Assembly (NCBI GenBank): GCA_951406725.2
Contig: OX597821.1
Coordinates: 22,444,001-22,508,000 of the forward strand
DNA length: 64,000 bases
Reading direction: 5' to 3'
Source: Octopus vulgaris
Lineage: Eukaryota
Notes under the pieces: model-generated
What the model was told of the DNA's origin: nothing
Seen by the model: the letters and a program-made list of their open reading frames with translations, nothing else
The model's database searches: none
In this document: in pieces, positions 50,819 through 64,000 of the stretch
How positions within the stretch are numbered: the first letter of the stretch is position 1
Layout: the number at the start of each line of letters is the position of its first letter
Made by a program: the position numbers and the translations under genes

Positions 50819-51027
50819 GGCGGCGAGCTGGCAGAAACGTTAGCGCGCCGGGTGAAATGCTTAGCGGTCTGTCACAACGTTGTGAGTTCAAATTCCACCG
50901 AGGTCGACTTTGCCTTTCATCCTTTCGGGGTTGATAAATTAAGTACCAGTTACGCACTGGAGACGATGTAATCGACTTAATACCTATGTCTGTCCTTGTT
51001 TGTCCCCTTGTGGGTAATAAAGAAATA
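50819..51027 (+). mobile_element. SINE family B copy
   Basis: Head, central domain and tail; 3' junction GAAATA|GGTA. Confidence 0.85.
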
Positions 51028-51747
51028 GGTATATATATACATACATACATACACACATATATTAACTACACTCGCAGAGTGGTTGGCGTTAGGAAGGGCA
51101 TCGAGCTGTAGAAACTCTGCCGGATCAGGCTGGAGCCTGGTGCAGCCCCTAGCTTCCCAGACCCCGGTCGAACCGTCCAACCCGTGCTAGCGCGGAAAAC
51201 GGACGTTAAACGATGATGATATATATATGGCGGTTTGTGTGTGTTTTGGTGTTTGTCCCCCACCACCACTTGACAACCTGTGTTGGTGTGTTTGCTTCCC
51301 CGTAACTTAGCAATTCAGCAGGCTTAGAAAAAATGTAGTGGAGTTGATTAATGTGACTGAAATTCTTCAAAGCAGTGCCCCAGCATGACCACAGTCTAAT
51401 GACTGAAACAAAAGATAAACAATGAAGTTAAAAAATATAAAAGATGTTGTGGCTAAAATAATATTTTACATACTGAAAAAAAAATTCAAAATAATATGAA
51501 GTAATATAACCATTACATTTGACATAGTATTTGGAATGCTAAAGAGTTTAATCAGATTTAAACCAGGTATATCCGGCCCAGATATTCTACCAGTTTGATG
51601 TTGAAACTGGCCAGATCCAGCCTCTCACATTTACCCTACAATGTTGTTCTAAATACAAACAATTACATCTTCAAAATTTTGAAGATACAAGATACTACAT
51701 GATTAATTTTTGAAAAATGGTATGGATATAGAAGCATTCATCATTAA

Positions 51748-52307
51748 TCATCATCATCATCATCATCATCATTTGGCATCCGCTTTCCATGCTAGTTGGG
51801 TTAGACAGTTCAACTGGGGTCTGGGAAGCCAGAAGGATGCCCTTCCTAACGCCAACCACTCCATGAATGTAGTGGGTGCTTTTTACGTGCCACCGGTACA
51901 GGTGCCAGAGGAGGCTGGCAAACGGCCATGATCGGATGGTGCTTTTTACATGCCACCGGCACGGGAGCCAGGCGAGGCTAGCAACAGCCATGATCGGCTG
52001 GTGCGTTTTACGTACCACCGGCACGGAGGCCCGTTGGGGGCGGCACTGGCAATGGCCACGTTCAGATGGTTCGCTTACGTGACACTGGCACTGGTATCAC
52101 AGCTACAATTTCCATTGATGTTGATCGATTTTGATTTTGATTTTGATTTTCAGTTGCCTCAACAGGTCTTCACAAGTAGAGTTTTGTGTCCCAAGAAGGA
52201 AAGGCATGCATAAGTGGACTGGCTACATCCCAGGTAGAGGCCACGGGTTATGGTCTCACTTGTCCTGCTGGGTCTTCTCACGCACGGCATACTTCCATAG
52301 GTCTCGG
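51748..52307 (-). mobile_element. RTE-type LINE 3' end (ORF terminus plus long 3' UTR), nested in a piggyBac-type MITE
   Basis: RDLWKYAVREKTQQDK* at 52306-52256 (DRxxW-like RTE end), internal (AAAATC)n, tandem GGCACGTAAAA-type units, (GAT)n tail. Confidence 0.7.
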
Positions 52308-53103
52308 TTTGGTAAATTAATGCGAATGCTAAAGGGTTAATCAGAACCTCCAGACCATTGTGGATGGGTCTCACCAGAATTTCTTAGATGCTTAATAGTA
52401 GTTGCTGGGATCTGGACTATAGTCTGGCTCTGAAGAGAGAGGGTGGGACCAGGGTTATGTGATGAAGTCCTTGCTATTTTGATAATGTATGTTCACAACA
52501 AGGGATGCTAGGTGATGGCACAGTGTAGCGTTTGTAGCAATTTTGAGCTTTCTGATTGCATGCTGTTCATGCTTAGAGGAGTGTTGGGGTTTACATAATA
52601 ATATTTACTTGCTGCTATAATTGTCTACATTCCCATTCTTGCCCTACATTGCCTCCACTCTACCCCTTCCATCTCCTACCACCTGTTTTGTTGGGCGGGG
52701 TGCAGGGATGACAGTCATCCTCCCCCTTCACATTGGTTTTTTTCTGTCTTTCTGTGAGAGGGGAGTAGTGTGGCATGACGGGGTGGAAGTCACTGCGTAT
52801 CTTGTTTACTTCAACTGATAACTGTATGTATAACATATGGCGCAATGACATTCACACACAAATGTGCCTACACTCGTCTTCATACATGCGAATATATGCA
52901 TGTTTATGTATGTGTGTGCATATGCACACATACACTCAATACCAACATCAACAGATAGTGGTGGGTTTTTTCTTCGTTGTTCTTCTTCAAATAGATAAGG
53001 GCTACAACAGAGAGTGCAACTTGTATCATCATGGAAAAATAGATGCAAAATAATGACGTGCATCTTCTCTCTCTCACTACACACATTTATGCATGCATAC
53101 ATA

Positions 53104-53497
53104 ACTCTTTTACTTGTTTCAGTCATTTGACTGCGGCCATGCTGGAGCACCGCCTTTAATCGAGCAACTCGACCCCGGGATTTATTCTTTTGTAAGCCCA
53201 GTACTTATTCTATTGGTCTCTTTTGCCGAACCACTAAGTGACGGGGACGTAAACACACCAGCATCGATTGTCAAGCAATGCTAGGGGGACAAACACAGAC
53301 ACACAAACACACACACATATATATACATATATATGACGGGCTTCTTTCAGTTTCCGTCTACCAAATCCACTCACAAGGCTTTGGTCAGCCCGAGGCTATA
53401 GTAGAAGACACTTGCCCAAGGTGCCACGCAGTGGGACTGAACCCAGAGCCATGTGGTTGGTAAACAAGCTACTTACCACACAACCACTCCTGCACCT
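53104..53497 (-). mobile_element. SINE family A, young full-length copy
   Basis: Complete match to the family. Confidence 0.9.
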
Positions 53498-54404
53498 ATA
53501 TTAGTACATAAAGTACATAAATATAAGTACATAAAGTACTTATATTTCTTTTACAAGCTTGTATGTGCGTGTGCATGTACACACGTGTGTGTCCTTGTCT
53601 TGACATCGCGTGATAATTGTAAATGTATGTTACTGTCCTATAAACTGTTTCATTCATTTCCAATCTTCTGCAGAAACATGTCTGGCCATGGAGAAATATT
53701 ATCTGGATTGGAAAACAGGTTAGGGTTGGCAACAGGAATGGCATCATCATCATCATCGTTTAATGTCCGTTTTCCGTGCTAGCACGGGTTGGACGGTTCA
53801 ACCCGGGTCTGGGAAGCCAGGGGCTGCACCAGGCTCCAGTCTGATCTGGCAGAGTTTCTACAGCTGGATGCCCTTCCTAACGCCAACCACTCCGCGAGTG
53901 TAGTGGGTGCTTTTTAAAACAATGATTCAATACTATATTCATCTAACCCTTGCTAGCATGGAAAAACAGATGTAAATACACACACACCTGCTCACACATA
54001 TGCATGTGTATACAGTATTTTGAATTTACATTCCATCTTGGTGAAAAACACTGTAACATTCTGACATGGTCCAGAATGCCAAATTATCTCTCAACCATAT
54101 GACATCTGGCATATTTCATTCTTGTTTTCTACCTAACAAACCACTGGTCACACTCCCTCTCCTCTACCAATATTCACCTCTAGGAATTTTATTTTACCAA
54201 AGAGCATTCCAACTCTGAACCATCCAGTCTTCTTAGCAGGAGTCTCTTACCAAGTATATTGATCCATTTTAAGACAGTGGGGTGAAGTTTAGCCCTTTAG
54301 CATCTCAAACCTACCCTACAATGTCATTTGAACAATATACAAAGACACCATTGAAATCTTTAAGTACAGGATAATGCATGACAAATCCAAAACAATGTAA
54401 ATAA

Positions 54405-54788
54405 ATGGCTATGTGGTAAGTAGCTCGCTTACCAACCACATGGTTCCGGGTTCAGCCCCACTGCGTGGCATCTTGGGCAAGTGTCTTCTGCTATAGCCCC
54501 AGGCCGACCAATGCTTTGTGAGTGGATTTGGTAGACGGAAACTGAAAGAAGCCTGTCGTATATACGTATATATATATATATGTTTGTGTGTATGTGTTTG
54601 TCCCCCGAGCATTGCTTGACAACCAATGCTGGTGTGTTTATGTCGCCCGTAACTTAACGGTTCGGCAAAAGAGACCGATAGAATAAGTACTGGGCTTACA
54701 AAGAATAAGTTCCGGGGTCGATTTGCTCAACTAAAGGCGGTGCTCCAGCATGGCCGCAGTCAAATGACTGAAACAAGTAAAAGAGTAA
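54405..54788 (+). mobile_element. SINE family A, young copy
   Basis: Near-complete match, opposite orientation to 53104-53497. Confidence 0.9.
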
Positions 54789-55349
54789 ACATTACATTTC
54801 ATTGCTATTATGCAAGAGTGTTGTAAGTCCAAAATGTTGCTTTTTCAGAAAACGAAAAAATAGTTTCACCTTTCCATAGTAAAACTGTTGTACTACATTT
54901 TGACAATTTTTGATATCTTGGCATCTGAAGCAGGTGGAGATGAAATAGTGTGAGCAAAAGAACCGGCTATTGATGCAAAAATAATATTGAAAAAAATGCA
55001 TTTGGCCAAATTTGGACATACACCAGTTTAATATAACAGCAACGATTTGACAAAGAAATCTGAATGCTAAAGAGTTAAGAGATTTAACTGCTATTCCTAG
55101 CAGATCAAACTGTAGGGCAAAAAGCTCTCTCTTGCTTTCATCTTTAGTGGTTACTGCTAAAACCTTCATCTTCAAACAAGCTAAGTCATTGTAGGTATGT
55201 CTCTTCCTGGTTGTTTGATTTAGAAACAGCAGCCAAATTTCTCTCGGGTCAGATTTTACCATCTTGGAGAAGGAGATACATCAAATAGTGTAGATGTTCA
55301 TATGCAAAACAAGTGGAATGGTCATGGTTTGAATGCTTTTGTTAACAGG

Positions 55350-55910
55350 TGTTAGTTAATTTTTTGGCTCAAAAAGCAAAAAAGCAAGGCCATGTAGGGG
55401 GACATGGAGTTATGTACTGGGTAGTGTTCATGTAAAGAGTTCAGGCCACTTGAAGTCAAGGGAGACTTTGAACCGAGCGGTCGTCGGCAGCTTATTCCAC
55501 GGATCCGCAACCCGGACGGAGAAAGCCCCTCTTCTTCGATTGAGATGAAATCGTCGCAGACAGAGCTTTTCGGAATGACCCCGCAACCGACGCTCTGGAG
55601 CAGGAGTGAAGAACAGCTCCTTCGAGAGGTTACACTTTCCGCTTATAATGTTGTGAGCAAGAATGAGATCACCATGGCGCCGTCGTTTTTCTAGAGAATA
55701 AAGGTCGAGCGTCTTCAGCCTTTCTTCATAAGACAAATTCTTGAGACCAAGAACCATGCGGGTAGCCAGCTTCTGGACTCTTTCAAGGATGCTGTATGTC
55801 TTTGAGGAGACAAGGAGAAGAGGCTTGAATCCCGTACTCCAATATGGGTCTCACCAGCGTGACATAGAGCGGTAGGAATATGGTTGCTGTGAGCATTCCG
55901 GATGACCGTC
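55350..55910 (-). mobile_element. CR1-type LINE 3' fragment (ORF2 C-terminus)
   Basis: LYVTLVRPILEYG and LSYEERLKTLDLYSLEKRR...RLRGHSEKL...FSVRVADPWNKLP, characteristic of CR1 ORF2 ends; frameshifted. Confidence 0.9.
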
Positions 55911-56943
55911 TTTACTCATATGTTAACATTACCCCCTTTATGCTTCGTCTAGCATGAAGCTCCACTCCCCATTTGGAGGTCATGGTCTTGCAAACCCTGC
56001 ATAGTATCTCAGTAATGCTGCTGGCATGAAACTGTACCCAGTACACATTGTAAAGTGGTTGGCATTAGGAAGGGCATCCAGCCATAGAAAGCATACCAAA
56101 GCGGACATTGGAGTATGATGCAATCCTTGGGCTCATCAGATCCTGTCGAACTTGTCTTGGAGCAGTTTGGCATTCATAATGACTTTGAGAAGTTATATAA
56201 TTCCATGTTCATGTGTAGAGACAGATGTTGTGTTGCAAGAACATCTCTTTAATGTGTGTAGATTAAAGACGAAAGATGTTTTGGGGAATCGAGTATATTT
56301 TAGACTGAGGGTAAAAATATTGTGGTGATGGTGGTGATTGCATGTAAATGGACAGGGAGTTTGATTGGAAACATTGGAGTTAACAGAAGAGAAAGTAGTG
56401 AATTACATTAGCCCTTTTGATACCAACATACCCAAAGCTGCCCTTGGTTCTATTATACAAACTTCCTGTTTTAACCCTTTGACATTCCAGCCAGCCGTAT
56501 CCGTCCTGAATGGTCTACTTGTTTTCTGTTCAAACCAACCAGATCTTGCTTCTCACACCTACCCTACAATGTTACTTTAAAAATAAGCAATCACATCATT
56601 GAAATCTCAATGCTGAGATAAGACATGATTAATTTGAAAGCAGTAGGAATAAATAAGCATTACATTTGACAGAGTAATCTAAACACTAAAGGATTAAAAT
56701 GATCTAAATTAACACCTTAACCCTTTTAGCAGTCACATTAGTTTGTCAAATGTATTGCTCTTTATCCACATTGTTTGGAATTAACCATGCATTATCTTGC
56801 AGGCTTGAAATTTTGGTTATGGGATTGTTTACTTTTAGCATGACATTATAGGGTGAATGTAAGAGACTGTATTTGACTAGTTTGAACATGAAACGAAAAT
56901 AGAATATTTTGGCCAGATGTGACTGGTTAAAGTTTATGTACAA

Positions 56944-57303
56944 CTAGCAGTATTGCCCGGCGTAGCTCGGGTTTGTAAGGGAAATAACTATATAAGCATT
57001 TTTAGAGAGTTATAACAAAAAAATGATGGTAAATTTTTTTTTAAATCGTTGACTCATCGTAGACATTTTTAGAGAGTTACTTCCCTTATATAATAGCGAA
57101 AAAATGCATTAAAATGGAAAAAAATGATGGTAAATTTTTTGTTTTTAATCGTAGACTCATCGTAGACGCGCGCTAATACCCAGAAGGGCTCGATATGAAT
57201 CACGACTATAAGATAGTCGTTAAACTGCACCGCAAAATGTGGGAGTAGTTAGGAATCTAAATTGTAGGAGACAGACACACAACTTGACTTTTATATATAA
57301 AGA
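56944..57303 (-). mobile_element. Non-autonomous Helitron inserted in the TIR of a pogo/Tigger-like MITE
   Basis: 5' TC, 3' hairpin plus CTAG; removing it restores TACAA|TAATCCCTCG, matching the opposite TIR CGAGGGATTACTG (~57525-57537). Confidence 0.85.
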
Positions 57304-57540
57304 TAATCCCTCGCCATATCACAGTTCACCTATCACACACTCAGTACATTGCAGTTCACCTATTGCGCACTCAGTACATCGTGGATTTTTCTGGCTAATA
57401 TATGTAAATTCATATCACGGACTCCTCAGTATATTGCGGGTTTCTGCAGCCAATAGGTTTTTATATTTTTTGAGATTTTAATTATTTCTATGGGAGGTTT
57501 TGGATTGTAATACCCGCTGTAGTCGAGGGATTACTGAATA

Positions 57541-58178
57541 CAGTAATCCCTTGTCTATCGCAGGTGTAACCCTAACCCCCTGCAATAGGTGAAAATCCAC
57601 TAAGTTGAAATAGTGCTGTACTGTATATTGTTTTTATTGTTATAATTTGTATATATCTTATTATGAATGCAAAACAACATCACGCACTCACTGCCTCCCG
57701 AGTTTTGTTTTCCATACAGTATGTGCAATTCGTTGTCTACTCATTTATGATACATATTCTCTTAATTTATTTTGATTAATGTGTTATATAGTGCAGTACT
57801 CTACTGTATTTCTATTTATTAATTTTTAGGTGTGAAAATGCTTATTTTACCACAGAAATATTTGAAATCTAAAAAATATAAATATCTATTGGCCACAGAA
57901 ACCCATGATATACTGAGGAATCCACAATATAAATTTACATATATTTATGTAATTTACATATATAACCGGCGTTAGGAAGGGCATCCAACTGTAGAAACTC
58001 TGCCAGATCAGATTGGAGCCTAGCGCAGCCATCTAGTTCGCCGGTCCTCAGTCAAATCGTCCAACCCATGCTAGCATGGAAAGTGGACGTTAAATGATGA
58101 TGATGATGATAATAACCAGCAAAGTCTGCTATGTACTGAGGGTGCGATAAGTGACCCGTGATGTGGCGAGTGATTAAT
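57541..58178. mobile_element. pogo/Tigger-like MITE containing a family C insertion
   Basis: TA-CAGTAATCCCTTG...CGAGTGATTAATG-TA termini. Confidence 0.6.
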
Positions 58179-58928
58179 GTAATTACGTTTCAAACACCAG
58201 TTTGATAATGACAAAAGTTATTTTGATAAATCTTTTGTTATTTTCGAAATTTAATGAAGCAAAGACAGTACAGTTCAGCAGAAGTACAGTAAGGATGTTG
58301 TGTATTAATACATCAGTCCAACTGATGCTGGCATAGAAGAAAGGACATTAAAATGTTGATAGTAGTGGTAACGGTGATATCAATTTCCTTGTTTGCTTAT
58401 CAACAGGAGTCAGCAAACTCTTACATCATCGACCTCCTTCGTGGAATCGTTGATGACTTATCAACCCTCGTTGCGTAAATCTAAAATAAAAATTTAAAAA
58501 AGAATACTTAATTCTAAATTTCTTGGTTTTAAAACAGTAATTCCTTTGTCCTTATCAGTCATTATTGCATTTTTTATAATCAGAAATATTTAAAGAAATT
58601 CAATGAAAATACTAAACAAAATTGATAAAGAAAAAAAATATGATACAAATCAACCCCTTGGATAGCCCCGTAGTCCCCACCAGTGTTCAGTACTAACCAC
58701 TGTGAAATTCCTTTTATTTATTAGCGACAAAGCCAGTATTAGTACCAACAAGTAATATTTATCCCAACTTAAATGCGAATGTTCTGTTAGAACAAACTAT
58801 ACTGCAGTAGATTCCATGAGAGAAACTCTCCTATTGGCTTTTGGTTCAAAACAAGAGGACATTCTTCACCAAGAACAAATACGAGAGTTTCACAGTTTAG
58901 TTTGTTCTAACAGAACATTCATGTTTAA

Positions 58929-59149
58929 CCCTTTTGTTCCCAACCCGGCTGAAACCGGCACTGGCTTTGTAGTACAAATGTCTTGTTTTCCTAAGTTTTG
59001 AATTAAAATCTTCCACCACACCTTAGTCACAATTTATGTTCCTAATACTAGCTGAATGATAACTAAGTTATTTTACTAAATTCTTTGTTATATTCAAAGT
59101 AATTAAAAGAAACTCAGAGCATCTCAAAATAAATACAGTAATGAAAGGG
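58929..59149. mobile_element. piggyBac-type MITE, family 1
   Basis: TTAA TSDs and family TIRs. Confidence 0.9.
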
Positions 59150-61101
59150 TTAAGTGGGGATAAATATTACCTCTTTTTATCTTGTGTCAGCCATTGGACT
59201 GCAGCAATGCTGGAGCACCACCTTGAAGGGTTTTAATTAAACAAAGCAACCCCAGGGCTTATTTTATTAAAACCTGGTGTTTATTCTATCAATCTCTTTT
59301 GCTAAGTTAGAGGAACATATACAAGCTAACACTAGTTGTCAAATCATGGTGGGGAGTAAACACACACATAGATACATACTTGTGTGTCTGTGTGTATCAT
59401 GTAGATAGGGTTAAAATCCAAGCTGTGTCCTTGAAGCACATCTGCCTCTTGCAGAATTCCAAACCTGCATGTAGATGTTATATTTGTTTCATGTATGCGT
59501 AAGAGTTGAAAATACTGGAAAATATTTTTGCAGAATTGTTATATATCAAAACAGGAAATTGGAAAAATTTTTAGCATTACTTATTCATATGGTGAATAAA
59601 TAATACCAAAAAATTTTCAAATCCCGTTTGTGTGTGTGATGGGCTTCAAGTTTCTATCTATGAAATTCACTTACTAGGGTATGGTCAGTCTGTGGCTATA
59701 GTAGAAGACATTAGCCCTAGCTTCCACGCAGCAGGAGTGAAACTGGAGCCATGTGGCTGGGAAACAAATTTCTCACCACACAACTATGCCTGCACTTAAT
59801 GAAAATGAAATAAAGAACAGTAAAAGTTCAGTCATTTGGTGAATACTATGTCTGGAAATTAGTGAGTTTTACTCTTAAATGTCTGTGCTCTTCCAGATTC
59901 AGTTTGCTAATAATGCAGCACCCTTAACATTCAAAATTGTTTTAGGTGTTTATCAACCCCTTGGATAGCCACGTTGACCCCTAGGAATCAGTAATGACCA
60001 CTTCGTTGTGTCTGGTCTAAACAAAATAGAAGCAGTTTGAAGCTCAATTTCTCACTTGCAGTGTCTTCATGTTCTTTCAACAATAACTATTCCACTTCCT
60101 CTCACCAGGAGGTCTTGCCTAGGGTTAAAAGAATTCTTGAGGAGGGAAGTATTAACAACAGTTTGTCAGAAATGTCATTCAAATGCATCTAAAGACTGTT
60201 AGCCTAAACGATGGATTAATTGTCTTTGTGAGCATTTAACATAAATGAAGGCCTGTGTGTGTGTGTGTGTGTGTGAAAAAGTTAAAAAAGCTCTATTTTA
60301 TGCCAAAATGATTTTTATTATCTCCTTCCTTAATGCCAAATTAGTGTATTTAAGCTAAAAATCTCTTTATTATCACAACACAGTCTCAAATTGCTATCAT
60401 TAATGACCTAAAAACAGTCTTTAACATCAAGTCAGTTTGGCAAGTATGATGAGGGCAGGAGGGGGAGTTTTATTAAGGGCGTAGGTCCATGGAAAACATT
60501 GCACATGAAATTGCTACTGCATGGTTGGTATTATCGTAGTCATCACATCCTTGCACACACACACACACACACACTTAATAATACATGTGTATAGATGTGC
60601 TCCCAGTTTTTGTTTTGATCATATAACAAAATTCTTTGCAACAATTATTGTCATTTTATATCCGTTTTTGAGACAGGTACAGGTACAGGTGTGGCTGAGT
60701 AGTAAGAAGTTTGCTTCCCAACCACATGGTTCCAGGTTCAGTCCCACTATGTAGCACCTTGGACAAGTGTTTTCTACTGTAGCCCAAGGCTGACCAAAAC
60801 CTTGTGAGTGGATTCAATAGTTGGCAACTTAAAGAAGCCTGTGGTGTGTGTGTGTATATACATATATATACATACATGCATACATACATACACAAGAGGT
60901 ACTGGAAAGTTGCTTGTTTTAGATAAAAGAAAATACAGGAAGATCAATTAATTATGATTTTATTCAACATATTCTCCTCTCAGATTCACACACTGCAACA
61001 GTCCTTCAGTTTTTCTAAGCCTTGTAAAAGAAATTAGAAAGTTGGGCCTCCAACTAGGCCTTTTGCAAAACCTATAAAACCAGGAACTTTTCAACGTCCC
61101 C

Positions 61102-61102
<1 letters not shown>

Positions 61103-61157
<55 letters not shown>

Positions 61158-61198
61158 ATACGTGTGTGTGTGTGTGTATACGTGTGTGTGTATATATG

Positions 61199-61233
<35 letters not shown>

Positions 61234-61432
61234 ATATATGTGTGTGTGTGTGTATATATGTGTGTGTGTGTATATATATGTGTGTGTGTGTGTATATATA
61301 TGTGTGTGTGTATATATGTGTGTGTGTGTGTATATATATGTGTGTGTGTGTATATATATGTGTGTGTGTGTGTGTATATATATGTGTGTGTGTATATATA
61401 TATATATATATGTGTGTGTATACATATATATA
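61103..61432. repeat. Compound (TA)n/(TG)n microsatellite with ~20-bp higher-order period
   Basis: About 330 bp of alternating purine-pyrimidine sequence in repeated (TA)2-5(TG)5-9 blocks. Confidence 0.95.
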
Positions 61433-63494
61433 ATATTTATGTGGTTGTCTCTTTGTCTTAGCATCACATGATAGTTATAAATGGATATTACTGTCATACA
61501 AGCAAGGTCTTTCCTTTCCTATATTCAGCGTGAATGTGTCTGGCTATGGGGTAATTTTATCTTGCTCAGAAATGGGTGAGGATTGACGGCATGTAAGGCA
61601 TCTGGTTGTAGAAAATCTGCTTCAAATAAACTTTATCTGACCCATGCCAACTTGGCAAAGTAAATATTAAATGACAGTAATGATGATCATTATTTGCAAT
61701 ATTTACATTTGACCCAGGATCGATATTTCCCCCAAGACACCTGGAGAGTATATCAGCTGAAACGTGTTAACAACAAACAAGATGAGTACAAATATTCATC
61801 AAATGTAAATAATGTACATAATTCCTCATCTCTCAAATATAGAACTGAATAATGATTTCTCTACTTGTCACAGTCCTTCTTTGTCTTTTAATAATACGGA
61901 TAACTATGTAGAAACCTGTTGTACATGCCATGTTCTTTTAACTTTCAGTTGTTTATGACTGGATACCTTCCCGGTCACTAATCACTTAACAACATGGGAC
62001 TCTGTAAATTTTATAGATGCAGGCATGGCTGTGTGGTCAAGAAGTTCGTTTCTCAACCATTTGGTTTCAGGTTCAGCCAAACTGCATGGCTTCTATTATA
62101 GCCCCCAGATCAACCAAAGCCTTGTGAATGTATTTGGCTGATGGTAATTGGAAGAAACCTATATTTGTGTGTGTGTGTGTGTGCGCACATTTTTGTCTTG
62201 GTATCACATGATAGTTGTAAGCTGGTGTTGCTGTTATCTAGATAGTGTCATTGATTTCCAGTCTTCCATGAAAACCTGACCAATATTGGGAAGATATTAG
62301 TTTGCTTGGAAACAGGAAAAGGTTAGCAAGAAGAAAGGCAGCCAACCATAGAAATTCTGACTAAAAGTCTGCAGTCATGGGAAAATGGATGTTAAATTGG
62401 GAGTGATAGCAGATAGCAGTTTGCATTGCTCAGTTTTATAGCATGGTTGGTCCAAGAGTCCTAACAATACAGGGAGTATAAACAGGTGAGACTGTGGAGG
62501 ATACAACTCGTCTGGGGTATCAGTCATAAGAGTGTTGGATAGAATGCTTGATGTTTTTTCTAACTCTCTTCATCTTGAGTTCAAATCCAACCAAAGTAAA
62601 CTTTGCCTTTCAACCTTTCGGAGTTTTATAAACTCTGAAAGGTTGAAAGGCAAAAATAAAAATATGCCAATCATAGATAGGATGGTACATTGGCAGGGTT
62701 GTTAGAGAATCAAGCAAGATACCTTGTGTCTGTTCTGGCCTCCTTTGTGGTCTAACATCCATATCTTCAACACTGGCACCACTGGTGCTTGTCCAAGTTG
62801 GCAGCATTTGCCTGGGACAAAGATCAGTGGCATGGAGATGAGAAACTTACATATATCATTCCTCAGAAAAGTCTTACCCAAGCCTGCAAGTACCAGGTTG
62901 TCAGTCACCAAAGGAGGCCCTAAAATGTGGTATTGACTTGTAATAATACAGGTCAGTAAGAAGTACAATTAAATTCTGACATCAATCACTTCTCTCTCTC
63001 TCTTTCAAAGCTTTTCTCTCATCTCCACATCTCGCTCCTTATATCTCTTACTTCAACTGCCTCCTCATATTCTTACTTTCTCACCTAACTTTAAATCACT
63101 TCAGCCTTATTTTATTTTTAAAGTTTGCCAGCTATCTTATAAAAAATGTCAGACATTTTACTCAACACTTAAATTCTTTCTTTTGTTGTCTATGCAGATC
63201 CTTGCTATTTTCCCCATATCCAAGATTATGGCACTTAAATATTGCACAGCTCTTCTGGGGTATCAGAGTCATAAAGGTGTTGGATAGAATGCTTGATGAT
63301 GTTTTCTGGTCAACTGGAATTTATTTTTATCGACCCCCAAAAGGATGGAAGGCAAAATTGATCCTAGCAGAATTTAAACGTAAAGACGAATGAAATACTA
63401 CTAAGCATTTTGCCCTGTATGCTAACGATTCTGCCAGCTCACTACCTTTTTTTTTTTCATACACTTTAATATTATACATACAGTAGAGAATACT

Positions 63495-63899
63495 CTCTTT
63501 CTCTTTTATTTGTTTCAGTCATTTGACTGCGGCCATGCTGGAGTACCACCTTTAATCGAGCAACTCGACCCTGGGACTTATTCTTTTGTAAGCCCAGTAC
63601 TTATTCTATCGGTTTCTTTTGCCAAACCGCTAAGTAACTGGGACATAAACATACCAGCATTGGTTGTCAAGCAATGCTAGGGGGACAAACACACACACAC
63701 ACATATATGTATATATATATATACACACATATATACGACGGGCTTCTTTCAGTTTCCGTCTACTAAATCCACTCACAAGACTTTGGTCGGCCCAAGGCTA
63801 TAGTAGAAGACACTAGCTCAAGGTGCCACGCAGTGGGACTGAACCCGGAACCATGTTGTTGGTAAACAAGCTACTTACCACACAGCCACTCCTGTGCCT
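63495..63899 (-). mobile_element. SINE family A, full-length copy
   Basis: Complete match to the family. Confidence 0.9.
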
Positions 63900-64000
63900 A
63901 TTTCTTCATTTCTCTTCATTTCTTGCTAATCTTCACAAATGCTCTGCATTCAAAACCCAGGTCTCACTGTCATGGAGTATCACACTTCTGACTCAAGCAT

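Noticed and set aside
51870-52090. Repeat-spacer pattern resembling a CRISPR array
   Set aside because: Eukaryotic context, degenerate repeats, mutually similar spacers, no cas genes; it lies inside a LINE 3' UTR.
61072-61497. Long HT/YI/CV-rich ORFs here and elsewhere in the ORF track
   Set aside because: Translations of microsatellites and SINEs.
61710-61850. Possible Penelope-type terminal repeat with a hammerhead remnant (CTG...CAGCTGAAACG)
   Set aside because: The CTGATGA core is absent in this copy; the assignment would rest on an unverified consensus.

Overview
AT-rich, repeat-dense eukaryotic DNA. The SINE, microsatellite and MITE content points to an octopod cephalopod (Octopus-like); this is inferred, not searched. 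Most of the window looks like intron of one + strand gene. A candidate first exon ends ATG|GTAAGA at 7505 and splices in phase 0 across ~42 kb to an exon at 49643-49780 encoding a tetraspanin (CD151/Tspan11-like) N-terminus and TM1 start. The rest is mainly transposable elements: at least three tRNA-derived SINE families, CR1, RTE and CRE LINE relics, non-autonomous Helitrons, piggyBac-, hAT- and pogo-like MITEs, and several large foldbacks. The most notable item is an apparently complete ORF1-only Tx1/L1-type retroelement (15-bp TSD) inserted in a SINE head. A second, related 3' end sits at the same nucleotide of another SINE copy, and the same 3' module resembles the tail of a young SINE family that prefers GGTA sites. 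There is also an intron-containing tRNA-Lys(UUU) relic lacking its 5' acceptor strand. Nearly all ORF-track entries are spurious. Family labels A-D are my own, and most repeat boundaries are approximate.
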